A stretch of 61,884 nt of DNA, counting the filler, from Basidiobolus ranarum (Eukaryota): assembly GCA_040143965.1 (NCBI GenBank). It is 8 parts of 8 records of this genome, joined end to end, with 100 filler letters (N's around TTAATTAATTAA, not from the genome) between each part and the next. Parts side by side here need not be neighbours in the genome. Positions count along the whole stretch, not along the records: positions 23,294 to 30,943 come from JASJQH010001086.1; positions 31,044 to 38,684 come from JASJQH010001087.1; positions 38,785 to 46,423 come from JASJQH010001088.1; 5 more parts are not named here. One strand, 5' to 3'. Below, piece after piece: positions 25,717 to 39,387 of the stretch. Both the position numbers and the translations under genes were made by a program. Each line of letters begins with the position of its first letter. Within the stretch, counting starts at the first letter, position 1. The notes under the pieces are model-generated. The model saw only the letters and a list, made by a program, of their open reading frames with translations. It was not told the origin of the DNA and made no database searches.

Positions 25717-27170
25717 TCAATGACGGGGAGACCGCTTAATAAGCTTCCAAAGCTTCGGTGTATCTAGTTGATCTGCTTAGAATTGATACATCTAAAGCAC
25801 AATATGGAGGCATACTATAATTTACCTTTGAGAGTTCTCTTGATTGCAAAGAATGTTTGAGAAAGATGCTGACGAAGCTGTATTCCAATGATTATTGCAA
25901 GGGGATGTCCTTTGCGATGAAAATAAATGAACAATATAGTGGCTATGACGAAGTCAATAAATGTGTGCATGAAAATAGTCTAAAAAAGAGCACATATACA
26001 TCAATAATAGTGGCTGGATAATAAAGAGGATAAACATATCTTACTTTTATAACGTTCTTGATTCCATGCTTTTCCAACTGCTTTTTTTTCTCTCTATCGA
26101 CGATTTCTCTACGTAGAATTTCAATTCTTTCATTTAAGGCAGCAACTTGAGTCTGAAGATACTCCAATGCTCTCTCTGCTTCAGGGTTCGAGCTAGACTC
26201 CCCACCATCGTCCCGATAATCGTCTCTAGATCTGACTAATGATTGGGAATATGCTGCTTTGCCCAAATAACGTGAAGAGCGTAAAGATGACGAGGAGTCC
26301 CCAAGATTGTTCTCTGAATTGTAAGCGTGACTAGAAAGGAGTTGATCCGGGAAATCAGCAAGTGCCGAATAATTTCTAGATTTCCTACTATCGTATGAGG
26401 TATTTGGATGAGGAACATCAATGATACTTCCACTCTGAGCCATATGATCTTCATCAGAATAAAGATCACCTTCATCCAAAGGAACAGGAGAGTCGGTGTC
26501 TGATTCAGATTTAGCCAAAACTATGAATTCGCCGTTTTTTAGCTTAAATTCCAAGAATACTCAAACGAGACGGGAATGGATTTATTACCTTCATTACTGA
26601 CGTTGTTCATTTCAGGATCTGATCCTCTTCGAGAGCATTCAAACGCATTTACAAGTGTTTCTGCTTGTGGTATGCCAGGAAATTTTTTCAAAAACTAAGA
26701 TATATAGCATCAGTGAAGATCCTTCACAACAGTCGTATTGAAATGAAATTCTTACCTGTACAAGAAGCTCTACGTATTCTTCTTTTGCATCTAGATCCTT
26801 TATATCTTTATATGAGCACCATGATTCCCTACTCAAAAAAATAAATTAACTTGTTGCAAGTAAGTAAAAATCCTCGGGTAGGTCTAACCATTTACTTCTA
26901 GCAACCAAGTCATAAATAGGAGGCTTTGGAATAGTACAGTTACCGACAGTTGCTTGTTTGTAGAGGCCGTAAAACTTTGGCGATAGAAATGCTCCATTAG
27001 TTCTCATGGTTTGAAAAGTATTAGAAGGTACCAAAAAAATCATAACATACCTCTAAGCGCTCTTGTATTGTGGGATTTAGAGTGGAATTATCAACCGGGA
27101 GACTGCTAATAATCTGAAGAGCCTTTTGGAAACGAGCGCTGGTGAATTGATCTGGCTGAACTGTACTCAT
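25717..27170 (-). CDS. Acyl-CoA-binding domain protein with coiled coil and C-terminal TM (ACBD5/Atg37-like), multi-exon
   Basis: ACBP motifs RFQKA, FYGLYKQATVGNC..PKP..YDLVARSKW|ESW...AKEEYVELL; acidic/Ser linker; coiled coil RALEYLQTQVAALNERIEIL; TM FIDFVIATILFIIF. Confidence 0.85.
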
Positions 27171-28414
27171 GGTGACTGATATACCTTGAAAAAAAGTAAA
27201 GAAATAGGGTATTTCCTAGTATTCGATAAAAGGATAAAGGTAGTGAGATAGAATGAAATAATAAAAGTGTATCACCGACTTGCGTAGGTTAGGAGATTTT
27301 TCTTGATGAAGAGATATTACAAGGCTTAGGGTTAGATCACCATATATTAAGAAGAAAAGCAGTCCGATCAGATGAACACTAGTTTGACTAGAGAAACTGA
27401 TTTATAAATCATAAATATCAGAGATGCTTTCATCTATGTTGCGAAGATATAGGTGATGACGCCACGGCACCTGCAAATAACTGACTACAAATAAATATTT
27501 CAAAGCAAATACAATAACGGAATAGACAGACTTCGATGGCTTACACAATCTGTATCACCAAAATCATGATTGAAATCAAATCCACTTTAATTAGAAACCA
27601 ACATATGATTGCCGATGCTGGCTCCGTGAAGCAGGATTTAGGGCTAGGGCTCATGAGCAGAGTCAAGGATCAAGAGATAAATCGTGGTTACGTGCATGAA
27701 AGGTGAGTTAGGGAAAGATGTGTGTAGTGGAAATACCGTGTCCAGTTTTGAAACTATGCAATTCATTCCTTTCATTGGTTTTCTCAATGTTTCATTTCTT
27801 CGGAATGGAAGGCTAAATCAATGAAAAGATGTAAATTCAGCAAGATCTGGAAAAAGCATCGCATATGTAGGTTGTTTCGGTAGGACTGTGTCATGCTGTG
27901 TCCTACATTAGTCATCGTAGAGTTTGGTCAGTTCAATGTAAATTGGGAGCTTTGTTTAGACCAAGATTCTTGTTAACTCCATAAATACATTTCTTTGTGC
28001 TGAAAATCTGATTGTACCTGAGGAATAAGGGGAAATTGCTCACCAATCTAGGTCTATGTTTGTAAGTCTGCTAAATCCTTAATACTTCTGGATGTTATAA
28101 TAAATACCCTTTCCTTTAGCGATTAAGAGTTATTTTGGTTCACAGTCTTGATCGTACTGCTAAAGTAACTCACACGAGGTTCCCAATAGTGTGAACCTGG
28201 CTATTAGTCTTCGCTACTTTCCTAGTTATATCTTCACGTCTCTCATACCTGCAATAGCACCTATCCCTAGGCTCACTTTTGTAACATACTCTGTATTCCT
28301 CACAAACACTCAGACTACATACTATTAGAAAAATACCTTTACTATTGTCGTTTCATTTTTGCCTGTTGATACTTAACAAAACGTACTTTTTGAGGATTAC
28401 TTGCTTTCTATACC

Positions 28415-29699
28415 ATGACCGCGACAACTACTTATATAGCCCATAACAACAACACCCCGCATAATCTTATCACCCAAGTACAGCCAGAAAGCAGCTATGC
28501 TCCGGAGCAAATCGTGTCCAGTGTAGAAAAGAAAGGTAACACCTCTGGATTCCCTATTATTTAATCAACTTCTTTTCTCAAGGATTTTATTGCTCCAGAA
28601 ATACGGTCGAATGCTTCCATATTTAATAAAGGGAAGACTTCTCCCTCAAAAACCAGAAGTGGACAAAAGAAGACTCGTCCATTCTTTTCTAGATTACTTG
28701 GTTGTATCTGTGGAGCAAAGGCATACCTCAGTGATGCCCAAGAAGAACACAGACCAGTTGTTCCCACTATGGTTACACTTAAATCTCCTGAGACTCCCAA
28801 AGTCTCTTCTAGTAATCTACTTCCAGAGAAAGAGGAAACAACGCCTTCCACTCCCGAAGTTGAATCCACTGCCAGACAGCTCGCTCCGGTATGCTTGTGA
28901 ATCTGGAATATTATTTAAACTCTTAAATAAGTAATTTCAAAATAGATTGAAACGAAATATCTCCTCGGTCCCATTGCCAAAGAGTACTTGGGTAGAAAAT
29001 GCCTTGTTTTGGATTTGGACGAAACCTTGGTGCATAGCTCTTTCAAGGTATGATGCATCATTTTGTATTCGAGGTAGCATATGTAGAAAGAGACCAATTC
29101 CAATTCTTCATTAGGTTGTTGAGCAGGCCGATTTTGTTATTCCGGTTGAAATTGAGGGACAATATCATAACGTTTATGTCCTGAAGCGACCTGGTGTGGA
29201 TGAGTTTTTAAAAGAAGTGGGAAAATCATTTGAAATCGTGATTTTCACCGCAAGTTTAGCAAAAGTACAGATTTTACTTGTTCTATCCCTCTATACACTC
29301 ATGCTGATAGTCCATATTCCTTTAGTATGCTGATCCAGTATTGGACATGCTCGATATTCACAAAGTTGTTCATTATCGGTTATTCCGAGAGTCGTGTTAC
29401 AACTATGGTGGCAATTACGTGAAGGTAGGTTCATTTTACCGTGGCTTGTCGAACAACTACTCACTTTTCGGCACTAGGATTTGTCACAACTGGGACGCGA
29501 CGTACGCCAAGTTATGATCCTCGATAATTCTCCAGCTAGTTATATATTCCATCCTAATAATGCTGTTCCCGTTAGTTCATGGTTCAATGACCCCCACGAT
29601 ACAGAGCTGCTGGATTTAGTGCCATTTCTAAAGGATCTTAAAGATGTAGATGATGTGACTTTAGTGCTAGATACCGTGATTGATATATCGCAGGCTTAG
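28415..29699 (+). CDS. PSR1: NIF/FCP1-family HAD phosphatase (Psr1/Psr2, small CTD phosphatase), multi-exon
   Basis: [78 protein letters not shown]. Confidence 0.92.
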
Positions 29700-30486
29700 A
29701 TTTGTGTAGAGTTTAATATAAATTAGTTTCCTCAATAGTAACTGTGTGTGGTAGAACTATATCGGTGGCTTCGAAATGTGTGCGTCTCTCTTGTCTTTTC
29801 AGCATTTTCCCGGTTTCCTTTCGTTAGGGATTCCTGATATACTTCTTTCAGCAATCCAGAATTGTTTATCTTGGCACCTTGATTGAAGTCGGTACCTGTG
29901 ATGATTCCATACCAAATCAAGGCTTAAATCTCATCTTCTAACAGGTCCATCTTATTTTGTTATTCCGGTTACTGAATCTTCTTTATCTCAGTTTTCAACA
30001 CCTTTCCATGCTACGTTAGATCAGCAGTGTATTTCATACCCTCCATTTTGAGAAGACATCCACAAACAGACAACATTCCTTTTTTAATATGATGTTATTC
30101 GATGTTAGTGTGGACTGTTCTCGATAAAATTGCTTGATTAATGTCAAGTTTGATTGCCCTCCGATAATTTTCGATTACCAATGTGCCTTGGCTATGCTTA
30201 CCCTAACAGCCCTTGGTGATTACCTCGAAGATTGATGAGTTGGTTGCAACCTAACCCTAGTCACCATATGCATACGAATAAAGGATGGTTTATCAATCAT
30301 CAGCCATAAGTTAAGATTCAACATATAACGAGAGGAATCCCCTGGCTAAAAAAATCTGATCAATTTCCAACTTTTTTTCATCAAAGGGAATGTCCAATCA
30401 GAGCCGAATAAGACTCAGTGGCATTACTTTAAATTCAGTTTCCTGATTCCACGGTTCGTCCTCTACTTCCGGTTGGATTTACTTTG

Positions 30487-30556
30487 GTATGTTAATCATT
30501 TACGTGAAATATAACATCCATCTATGGTTTAGTAACAACGGTATCTTTGCATATAG
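30487..30556 (+). other. Probable 5'-UTR intron of RPP0
   Basis: gtatgt...gcatatag, ending 6 nt before the ATG. Confidence 0.55.
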
Positions 30557-30562
30557 ATCAAC

Positions 30563-30943
30563 ATGTCTACCAAGGCTGATAAGAAGACTGAATACTTCAC
30601 CAAGTTGAAGGGTCTCCTCGAGACTTATCACTCCATCTTCATTGTCCGTGTTGACAATGTCGGTTCCAACCAAATGCACCAAATTCGTCAATCCCTTCGT
30701 GGTCAAGGTATCGTTCTTATGGGTAAGAACACCATGATCCGTCGTGCCTTGAAGGTTCTTCTTGAAGAGAACCCCAGTTACGAAAAACTTCTTCCTTTCG
30801 TTAGAGGAAACGTTGGTTTCGTTTTCACCAACTCTGACTTGAAGGATATCCGTGAATTGGTTACCTCCAACCGTGTTGCTGCCCCTGCCAAGTCTGGTGC
30901 CCTTGCTCCCGTCGATGTCATCATTCCTGCCGGTAACACCGGT
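30563..30943 (+). CDS. RPP0: 60S acidic ribosomal protein P0 (uL10), cut by contig end
   Basis: VDNVGSNQMHQIRQSLRG, MGKNTMIRRA, RGNVGFVFT, IPAGNTG; strong codon bias. Confidence 0.97.
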
Positions 30944-31043
30944 NNNNNNNNNNNNNNNNNNNNNNNNNNNNNNNNNNNNNNNNNNNNTTAATTAATTAAN
31001 NNNNNNNNNNNNNNNNNNNNNNNNNNNNNNNNNNNNNNNNNNN
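30944..31043. other. Artificial contig linker
   Basis: N44-TTAATTAATTAA-N44. Confidence 0.99.
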
Positions 31044-31542
31044 GAAAACGGCAAAAGACCAGAGCGATTTTGCAGACTGAAGGCAGCTCCCTCCACAAGC
31101 TCTAAAAGAAAGGGGGTCTCATTAGCTAGTAGTAGTCGACCCACTAAAAAACCAACCCATCCTTTGTAGTTACCGCTACACTAATCCAAGATACAGTGTA
31201 AGTCTTTGAACATTAATGCGCTTCGTCTACAAAAAAATAATTACATAGCCTATTTTTTTTACATTCACTCGTCTCAAAGTTTTTTTGCAATCGTCCCATA
31301 TATTTTATGAAGGGTCTAATTTTTTTTAAATTATCTCATTTTAGGCTAAAACACTGTACCAAGCTTCACTATTATTATTGTCACTTCAAGTGGGAATATA
31401 AGTACTTATTTGCAACTAGATAAAGTTGGTAAAAATTGGACTTATGGACTCCTTTCGTCAAGTAGAATAAATGTTTTCTATAGAATGCACGGTTTTGGAA
31501 CCCTACAATACGGGGCCATGGGAATGAAGTTGTATCCACGGG

Positions 31543-33425
31543 TTAGAAATTGATGGCGCTTCTAACACTGGTATTCTTGTTATTAATAGACGGCTTCGCC
31601 CGTGGTTCCCTAGATTGAGCAGTACGATTCACAGAATGATGATCTTGGTATCGATTAGGGATTTCTTCATGAACAGTAGTCATATTCATTTGATAGCCTC
31701 GACTAGGATGTGTGCTTGCACTTCGACTAGATGTTTCACTATGGGTCGGAGATACAGGTCTCCCTAAGGCTTGTATATCACCTCCACCTTGGTTATTAAA
31801 AGCGATTTGCGCTCCGCGTGGTAAAGGTGGGGAGTATATCTCGGGCTGTGGCATTTGCATAGGAATTGGCATTTCATAATTATATTGAGCACTAGGTTGT
31901 TGGACATAAGGAGAAGCATGCGCGTAATGAGAAGTTGGTCCAGGGAGATATCCTTGAGGAGTTGAAGAACTGCGTTCGGAACAATCAGAAGTAGATCTAC
32001 TATCTACAGGAATGTAATTGATATTGCCAGGGTGAAGCATTGGACGTGTTGAGCTGGAAAAAACCTGTCCTTGTGCATATTCACCAGCCATCAATTCTGG
32101 ATCAAAGCTGTCTATTTGGGGGAGGGTTGGACCTTGTTGATGGGTTTGGGGTATGTAGTTTCTTTGCTGTTTTGTGCGATATTCTCTATGAGCAGCAATA
32201 GCATGTCCTCGTCGATCTGAAGTACCAGACGTTGTAGTGGATTCAGATACTAAAGACCCTTTGCTCATACGCCGCGCACCATAATCAGTCCCACGAGGAG
32301 GAAGAGCGCCGACCTCTGGGTTGTTTGTATTATACCTAACAGTATGCTTCTTTTCAATTGCATCAATAGGTGGAGGAATTACAGATTGCATCATAATCTC
32401 CTCATCAAAGACCTCAACATTGGGCTTGGTAGGTTGTACTGTACCATTGAGCATTTGCTCTCGCATAATACGCTTACGATTTCTCGTTCGGAGGAGCTCG
32501 GCAATTCTAAATTCATAGGTGATGAGATCAGGATATCCTCATATAACAAATGTATTAGTGATCTGCCTACCTCTTATCTATCTTGTGGCAGCAGTATTCT
32601 TTGAGATTGCCACGTATTTCACACACTAGTGGAATATATAGGATTGCCGCAAAAATGGTTCTGATGGCCGAGATTATGAAAAGAATACAAGGTATGGCCA
32701 TGGTAATGAGGGATATTTTCTTGTCGATGGTTAATCCTAGATACCAATCACCTAACTGATTAATTTCGTGTTTGATACTGAAAAAAAGGGTGTATCCGTT
32801 TACAAATCGACGTGGAGCTTCGGCGAAAAATAAGCGTTTCCAGCCTACAATCGATCAATTATTAATATAGTCTAATTGGTGTTCTAATGGCAAATCTATT
32901 TTTCCAGATTTGGACTAGAATTTAAATGAAATTAAGTGACGAACCTTTAAGGGCAAAGAATACAAAAAATGCGAGTTCGTCTTTAAATCGCTTCTGCTTG
33001 TGAATTTGGTTGAAGAGACAGTAATGCGCATAAGACCGTAAGGTGTAGTAGCGGTTAGCAATAATCGAGGTAAAGGTGAAAGATATATCACCCGATAAGA
33101 TGACGGCTCTAGCTTTCTTTGCTTCGAAAAAAAGTAGGACATAAGAAGCAAGAATGGAGCCGACAAAAATCCACCGAATGTAATCAAGCTTCGCTAAGTT
33201 CTGGTCGATACCGGAGGTCCAAGAATTAAAGAATATTAGCATTACAGCGGTATATATATCAAGAACATAGATTAAAATGGACTTGATTGTGAAGAGGAAC
33301 ACAAAGCAGTATTTAAATTTAGTGAGAAAACGGTTCTCATAAAACTCATCAACGTCCACAAAGTCAAATTTGTGATCATTTATGACCTCTCTTTTCCATT
33401 TTGCATCTCCTCCACCACAACACAT
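31543..33425 (-). CDS. KCH1: Kch1/Prm6-family fungal K+ transporter with long low-complexity C-tail, multi-exon
   Basis: WKREVINDHKFDFVDVDEF, IYVLDIYTAV, SGDISFTFTSIIANRYYTLRSYAHYCLF, FFVFFALK|GWKRLFFAEAPR, GNLKEYCCHK|..RIAELL. Confidence 0.85.
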
Positions 33426-36324
33426 TGGAGTATCTATCGATAGGCTATTTATCGATAAGATTAAAAGTGTTTTGGGTTGTGTATCTCAAGCTAGGGTGTT
33501 CACGTGAACACTCAAGTCAAAGGGTAATATAAAGAAAGAAGAAGGCACTTGAGGGAAGTAATCAAATAGATAGGGAAAAACTAGAAACAAACAATCAAAT
33601 GGAAGTAACCTCATACTTTTATGGAGCGGAAGGCAGGAGATCAGAAAATGATCGTAATGTATTTTGCGATAGTTAACAGAGAAGTTAGGGATACAAGCGC
33701 AAATACTGAATTTCGTGGGCTGAACGAGTTAAATTGTCTCACAGGGTGATTCAATCAAAGTATAAATTAAAAAGTGGTTGTGAGGCACCTGCACTCAGTG
33801 ACCCTGACTTCATACCTAAAATTATCCGCACATTTTTTAACCATGCCTCACTACAAAGTCGCAGGATTCCCAACGCCGATTTGAATATTGTATTGGAGTG
33901 GTGGTGCGTGTTGGAGCAGTCACATCCTACTGTTTATAGGATTTTAAATTTGAACATGGATATAATTGCACTTCCGTGGTCCCTTAAACTGAGCATAACT
34001 GCAAATATGGAATCTCAAAATTAGCATATTTTATTATACATGCTTGCATATCTAGCGAAGCCATAAAGTTCCAACAATACTCAACGTCTAGAGAACGTAT
34101 TGTATGTACAACAATGGCATTGTTCGAGTAGTAGCTTCAGATAACAATGAAAGACGTTGCGTTGAATAATCATTGTTTACGCAGTTGTTACCGTCTTGGT
34201 ACATGCCACTAGTGTTGTAACTAAATAGTTGATCTAGCATTATGATTGTGGGAGAGTATTTTTCATGGCGTTCCACAACATCGCCCCTTGTGCAGATCCT
34301 AGAATGCCCACTGTCTCTTGAGCTGAAAACTAGCCTGAACATGATGATTTCCGCTTCAAGTGTGACAAAGAGACCAATATGCTTGGTCGAGTATTACTGT
34401 AGCGAATTAGTTAACGAATCGACAGACACAATTACATCTGAGGTGTAAAACAACTAGTACAGCCGACCTGATACATGAGAGGCTTAATTGAAGCGGCTTT
34501 AAAGACGAAATGAATCATCGTTATATCCGTACTCCACTCCTCATCACAAAAGGAATTTCAAGGCTTTGGCGGCACATCATTTGATGGGAATCGACAATCG
34601 ATATTGAGAAAGGGATCTTTTCGGGTCCAACATGCTAGCCAGATAATCCAAGCTTTGCATACTCTTTAGTTCAATGATGCTGCTGCGTCATTCTAGAGGT
34701 GCCAGATGTATCACGAGTTCTCATTTTTATCTGTGGCGATATCTGTAAACCATTCTCAGATAGCTGATTGGCTTCACCTAGTATTAAGGTGTAAACTGGA
34801 AATTACCCTCCAAATAGGGATGCTCTACATAGTTGGCGACATTCCACCACAATCCAAGAACTGGCTGTGTTATTGTAGCCATTTTCAGGAATCTTTCCAT
34901 ATAAGGATATATTTCCATCCAGCGATTGGACGTCTCAGTGCAGTCAGAGTTAGAGCATTAATCTTAAATTGACTTGACCACAGGCTATATTCACTTGTCT
35001 CAGAGATATCTTTTGTATAGCTAATCTGGGCTAGCGAAGAAACTCATAAATGTAACGAATCAGTTCTTCTGAGTTAAACGGTGTAGGCCTACTGATCACT
35101 GGATTTAGATATTCCGAACCAACCACTGATCCAGACTCCTTGGTCGGTGGATCTGAGTAGAACATCAAATATTTCATTTGCAAGTACATATAGCCTAATG
35201 CAGGTTTGAATAAAGAGTCTACCAGGATTAGGTCTGCAAAACCGGAATTCGATATTTCTGGCTTCCCTCTAATTCAGCTGACACTCCGATCGTGACTCAA
35301 TAGCGGCGACATACAGAAATAATACGTGACGTGAAAAGGATCCCACATTCTTCTATAGTTTACCCAGTATGTTGCCATCATGATGACCACTTGCTGCATT
35401 TGCTGGACTTATATGTGCTCGAGTCAGTAGCAGTACGCATTCAACCACCTAATCTAGTTATTTACCACTCTAATTGTACTACACATAACCCGAGTTCTTA
35501 ACTTCATATGAAGCGGATCATGTTTTAGCAATTACAACAGAATTGCTCACGATGCAATGCAAAAAATCCCTAATCATCTTCATAGAAACAGCTCACAAAA
35601 CCATTTATAAGGTTACTTACACAACCTGTTGGTGAACTGAAGGAGTTTAGATATACCAAAGAGCATGATAGGCTACCACAAACAGTAATGGTAAGAGCTA
35701 GTGTTTTAACCATCAGTGCTCTTGAAATCTTGAGCATTGGTAACCGGATCTTTTTTCTGGCTTCAGTGTCCTTCTTTCACTTGTTCATCTCAATAATATT
35801 GGTAACATGCAGAGATTCTTTATGAAATTCTCATAGGAGGTCATCACAGAAGTCATTTGGATTTAGTGTATCAAGCCGGATGACAATATCAGAGTGTTTG
35901 GGAGGTACTGGAAATGTTCAGAATAGTCAAAAGAGATGAATGGTTTACCCATAATGCGAAACAAATTATATATATCAAAGCAAAGCAAAACAATGACCGG
36001 GAGATATTCCCAAGGTGTTCAGGAGCTAGGGTAAATGTTTGTTGGAAGTATAGATATAGCATAAGTTTCTAAGATCCATTGTAACCTTATACACATTACA
36101 AAATATGTGAGTTGCCTCACCTCGATATTTCAACAGAATATACCAGAATAGAGCAAGTAGGTCTTGAAGCCATTCAATTGTGCCAACTTGAAATCTAAAT
36201 CTACTTTATTGAATCTCATGCTAACTGTATAAAAAGGATGTAGCTGTTTAGAACTATATTTGACTCATATTTTTAATGTAAATACGATATCCATATGTAT
36301 TTATTAGCCAACTGTCTCAGCATT

Positions 36325-36972
36325 TCAAAGAGAGAAAGCCATTGCAATAACCCAAAATATTAGCCAGCATCCATCTTGATGAATGATACTTCCTATGTTT
36401 CTATGCCCCGGTGGCGAACTCGGTTTTAGTGTAGAGAGAGGGCTTCCAGTTGGTGATACAGATCCGTTCGTTCGGGAAGATGACTGATTAAATGATTGAA
36501 TTCCAGTAGAATGAGATATTGGACTATTATTGAGGGTTGGCCCAGGAGTAACTCCTGTAGAAAAAGTAGTTGCCAGGTGCTGAAAGGTTGAGGTGGCTGA
36601 TAAAATGGAACGCATAGATAGGGGTTGGGTTGGAGGATCCATAATCTTTCTATCAGAATCCCACGTGGTTTCTTTCTCTCCTGTACTTGTAGTTTCCAGA
36701 TGTTCCTCCTTTCCAGAGACTTCTGAAGTTTCTTCGACATGCTCAGTGAGATTCTTGGTGGGTGTAGAACGATGATTTCCAGAATCACGAATGGTTGTGA
36801 GCATGACTGATGTAGTCTCTATCTCAGTATACGTACTTACGATGGTTATAGTAGGGGCATCTCCTCTTTTAGATGTCCCACTTCCATCCACTTCTTGTGA
36901 TTCACTCTGAACTATATTTAAATGGTATAAGGTAAAGCTAATTAGAAGTACTAACTGACGAAAGGATACCAT
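36325..36972 (-). CDS. Secreted Ser/Thr-rich, probably GPI-anchored surface protein
   Basis: MVSFRQLVLLISFTLYHLNIVQS signal peptide, S/T/E-rich body, hydrophobic C-terminus WLIFWVIAMAFSL; TATA-like tatataaaa upstream. Confidence 0.7.
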   Translation of the reverse strand: MVSFRQLVLLISFTLYHLNIVQSESQEVDGSGTSKRGDAPTITIVSTYTEIETTSVMLTTIRDSGNHRSTPTKNLTEHVEETSEVSGKEEHLETTSTGEKETTWDSDRKIMDPPTQPLSMRSILSATSTFQHLATTFSTGVTPGPTLNNSPISHSTGIQSFNQSSSRTNGSVSPTGSPLSTLKPSSPPGHRNIGSIIHQDGCWLIFWVIAMAFSL

Positions 36973-38390
36973 TACGCTTTCTTCAAAATAAATAATGATA
37001 TTCAAATGTATTGAAGAATCGTGCCTGAAAACCCAAGCAGCATAAAGTAGGAGATGGTTTTTTATATAAGCACGTTGAAACGGAGTGTAGAGCAATGAAA
37101 ACCTCTAAGTTTGTAACGAAAGATTGTCCCTGTTGAGCATTCACAACTCAGATCTCTGTAACTAAGTTTGAATTGACTGCATAGTAAAATTCTCGAATTC
37201 TCTTACGATTATCAACTCCGACTTGTGAGTGTTGGTATTTGTATAGATTAAATTGGAGATATGTATGACAATGGAATAGCAATACTTTTGGAGACTGCGC
37301 GATAGATTCGTGAGCCATGCACAACTACTGAGTTCACCAAGTATCCACCTTTACATTTAATGCATATACCCGAATCATCCTAGTCAACGTGCTTTGTCCT
37401 TGGATCCAACATATCACTATAGCCAGTACTATTGTCCACAACGTCTGTAACAACAACCGATATAATAATGATACCCTACAATTCCTTATCTACATTCAGA
37501 AGTCAACCTATACCTCTTGAAACACCGACAGTGGGCATGAATGTATGTTGTAGGAAAATGAGAACTCCGACACCGCCAGACCGGAGATAAGAACTCGTAC
37601 AGCTCTCAAAAAGATACCATTAAAGAGATACCTTATCGTTTACTATTTGCTTGAGCTCAAGCAACACCATCATATAACGCTGTCGAGACTCCTGCAAACC
37701 GGACTCAATATATGGAACACTGACTGTTCTAGAAACCATCAGGATTCATAGATGCATCAATATGGATAGTTTTCTGTGCCCGGCTCTGTATAGTTAATTT
37801 ATCAGACTCTTGTCATGTTGAGCACTGCTGACTTGCGAAATTTCCCTGATCGCTGTTCAGTGGCTCACGATAAAATATTGAGGCAATACAATCAATTCCT
37901 GACAACGCCCAACACTGCTAGTTCGGTGTTTGATTGGATTGCTGGATTTTAAGGTTTAGGATCACCAATACCATCTTTGGTATATGACAAAATTGTTTGA
38001 TTGACACCCGTAAAGATGGGGATAAAATTAGAACTTTACGAGTTAGCGAATATAAAGCTCTTTCCGGCCGGAACTGAACAGTCGCTATTGAATTAAACTT
38101 TATATAAAGTTCTATAATATGTTGTGAAGTATACCTAATGAGTATAGGTTTCTACAATGCTATTGGCCCCTGTATCCATCAGCTCCCATACCATCATCAC
38201 TATCTTCAACAAGAATCTTTTGACATTAAAATCACCTCTATTCTAAACATCCATATTAGTAAGCTACACACACCTGGTGGTATCTTTTTTGAATCCCTCT
38301 AAATATTTGCTTATATAGTCTGGACTCTGTTCAGGTTTATAAAGAAAAGCAAAAAGTCGTTTTATATTCCAACCCAACGTTCATGGAGAC

Positions 38391-38684
38391 ATGACGTTCT
38401 GCAAAGACCAATCTCGAACTCTCGAACCTCATCGACCACATTCTCAACAAGCTAGTGCTGATCTAACGGTTCCTGTTGAAGAAAAGCCAAATGCAAGTCA
38501 GACAGGCCCATTTTTGATTAAACTTAATAGCATATCGAACGATAGACACGAAACTCACATTCCTGTTAACACGCGAATTCACACTACGGAAATGCTACAA
38601 CTAAATCCTCCAGAAACTACGGACTTGGAAACAGAAAACCTACCGTTTGTTATAGAAAAAATAACCAAGGGAGCTAGTAGCACC
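38391..38684 (+). CDS. 5' end of an unidentified protein (cut by contig end)
   Basis: ATG-initiated hydrophilic ORF open to the contig end; no recognisable motif. Confidence 0.4.
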
Positions 38685-38784
38685 NNNNNNNNNNNNNNNN
38701 NNNNNNNNNNNNNNNNNNNNNNNNNNNNTTAATTAATTAANNNNNNNNNNNNNNNNNNNNNNNNNNNNNNNNNNNNNNNNNNNN
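38685..38784. other. Artificial contig linker
   Basis: N44-TTAATTAATTAA-N44. Confidence 0.99.
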
Positions 38785-39387
38785 AAGCTAATTGAACATT
38801 TAGGCGTTCATGATCAAGCCATCCCAATAAGTAAGTTGCAACCTACACATTGAAAAGTTGAAAGTTAGTAAACATGTGTGTTAGCGTCACTTCGAGGGGA
38901 GATCTTGACGTACCTCTAGTCCGTCTACATCTATCATTGTTTCTTTATCGCTAAGGACCACAAATGTATTAAATAAGTCAGTGTTGGTGCCATTCAAAGA
39001 AATATCCACTTCCAAAGGGTTCAGAGCTTGAACATTAGATAGCTGCTTGATCCAGTCAGCAGCAAGAAGCTTCTCGGAATTTTCATCATAAGTGGTCTGG
39101 AACACTTCCAAATCCTGGAACATCCAGTGAGAGCTCTGTTTAAGATTGCTGGTACCAAAGGTTATATCGGTATTTTTGGAATATAAGTGAACAAGAACTA
39201 TCCACGATGCATGTAGCAGCGCCTTTTCAAGTCCAAGAAGCCCTTGAAGAGTGGGATGGCCGTATAGCTGACCCAGCGATACGAGATTAGGCTTGGACAC
39301 CTGAAATACTTCATTCTTCCTGGCAATCGGACGCTCGCTACTTAATAATTGCGGAAATTGACAAACGCTGATGCTCGAGGTGTTCAT
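38785..39387 (-). CDS. N-terminus of an NRPS/NRPS-like enzyme (partial condensation-like domain), cut by contig end
   Basis: CQFPQL near the start; LLHASWIVLVHLYSKNTDITFGT resembles the C-domain motif (aWa.lL..Yt...DvvFG); LFNT; an intron (gtacgt...tgtag) continues the frame as VATYLLGWLDHERLNVQLA. Confidence 0.55.
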
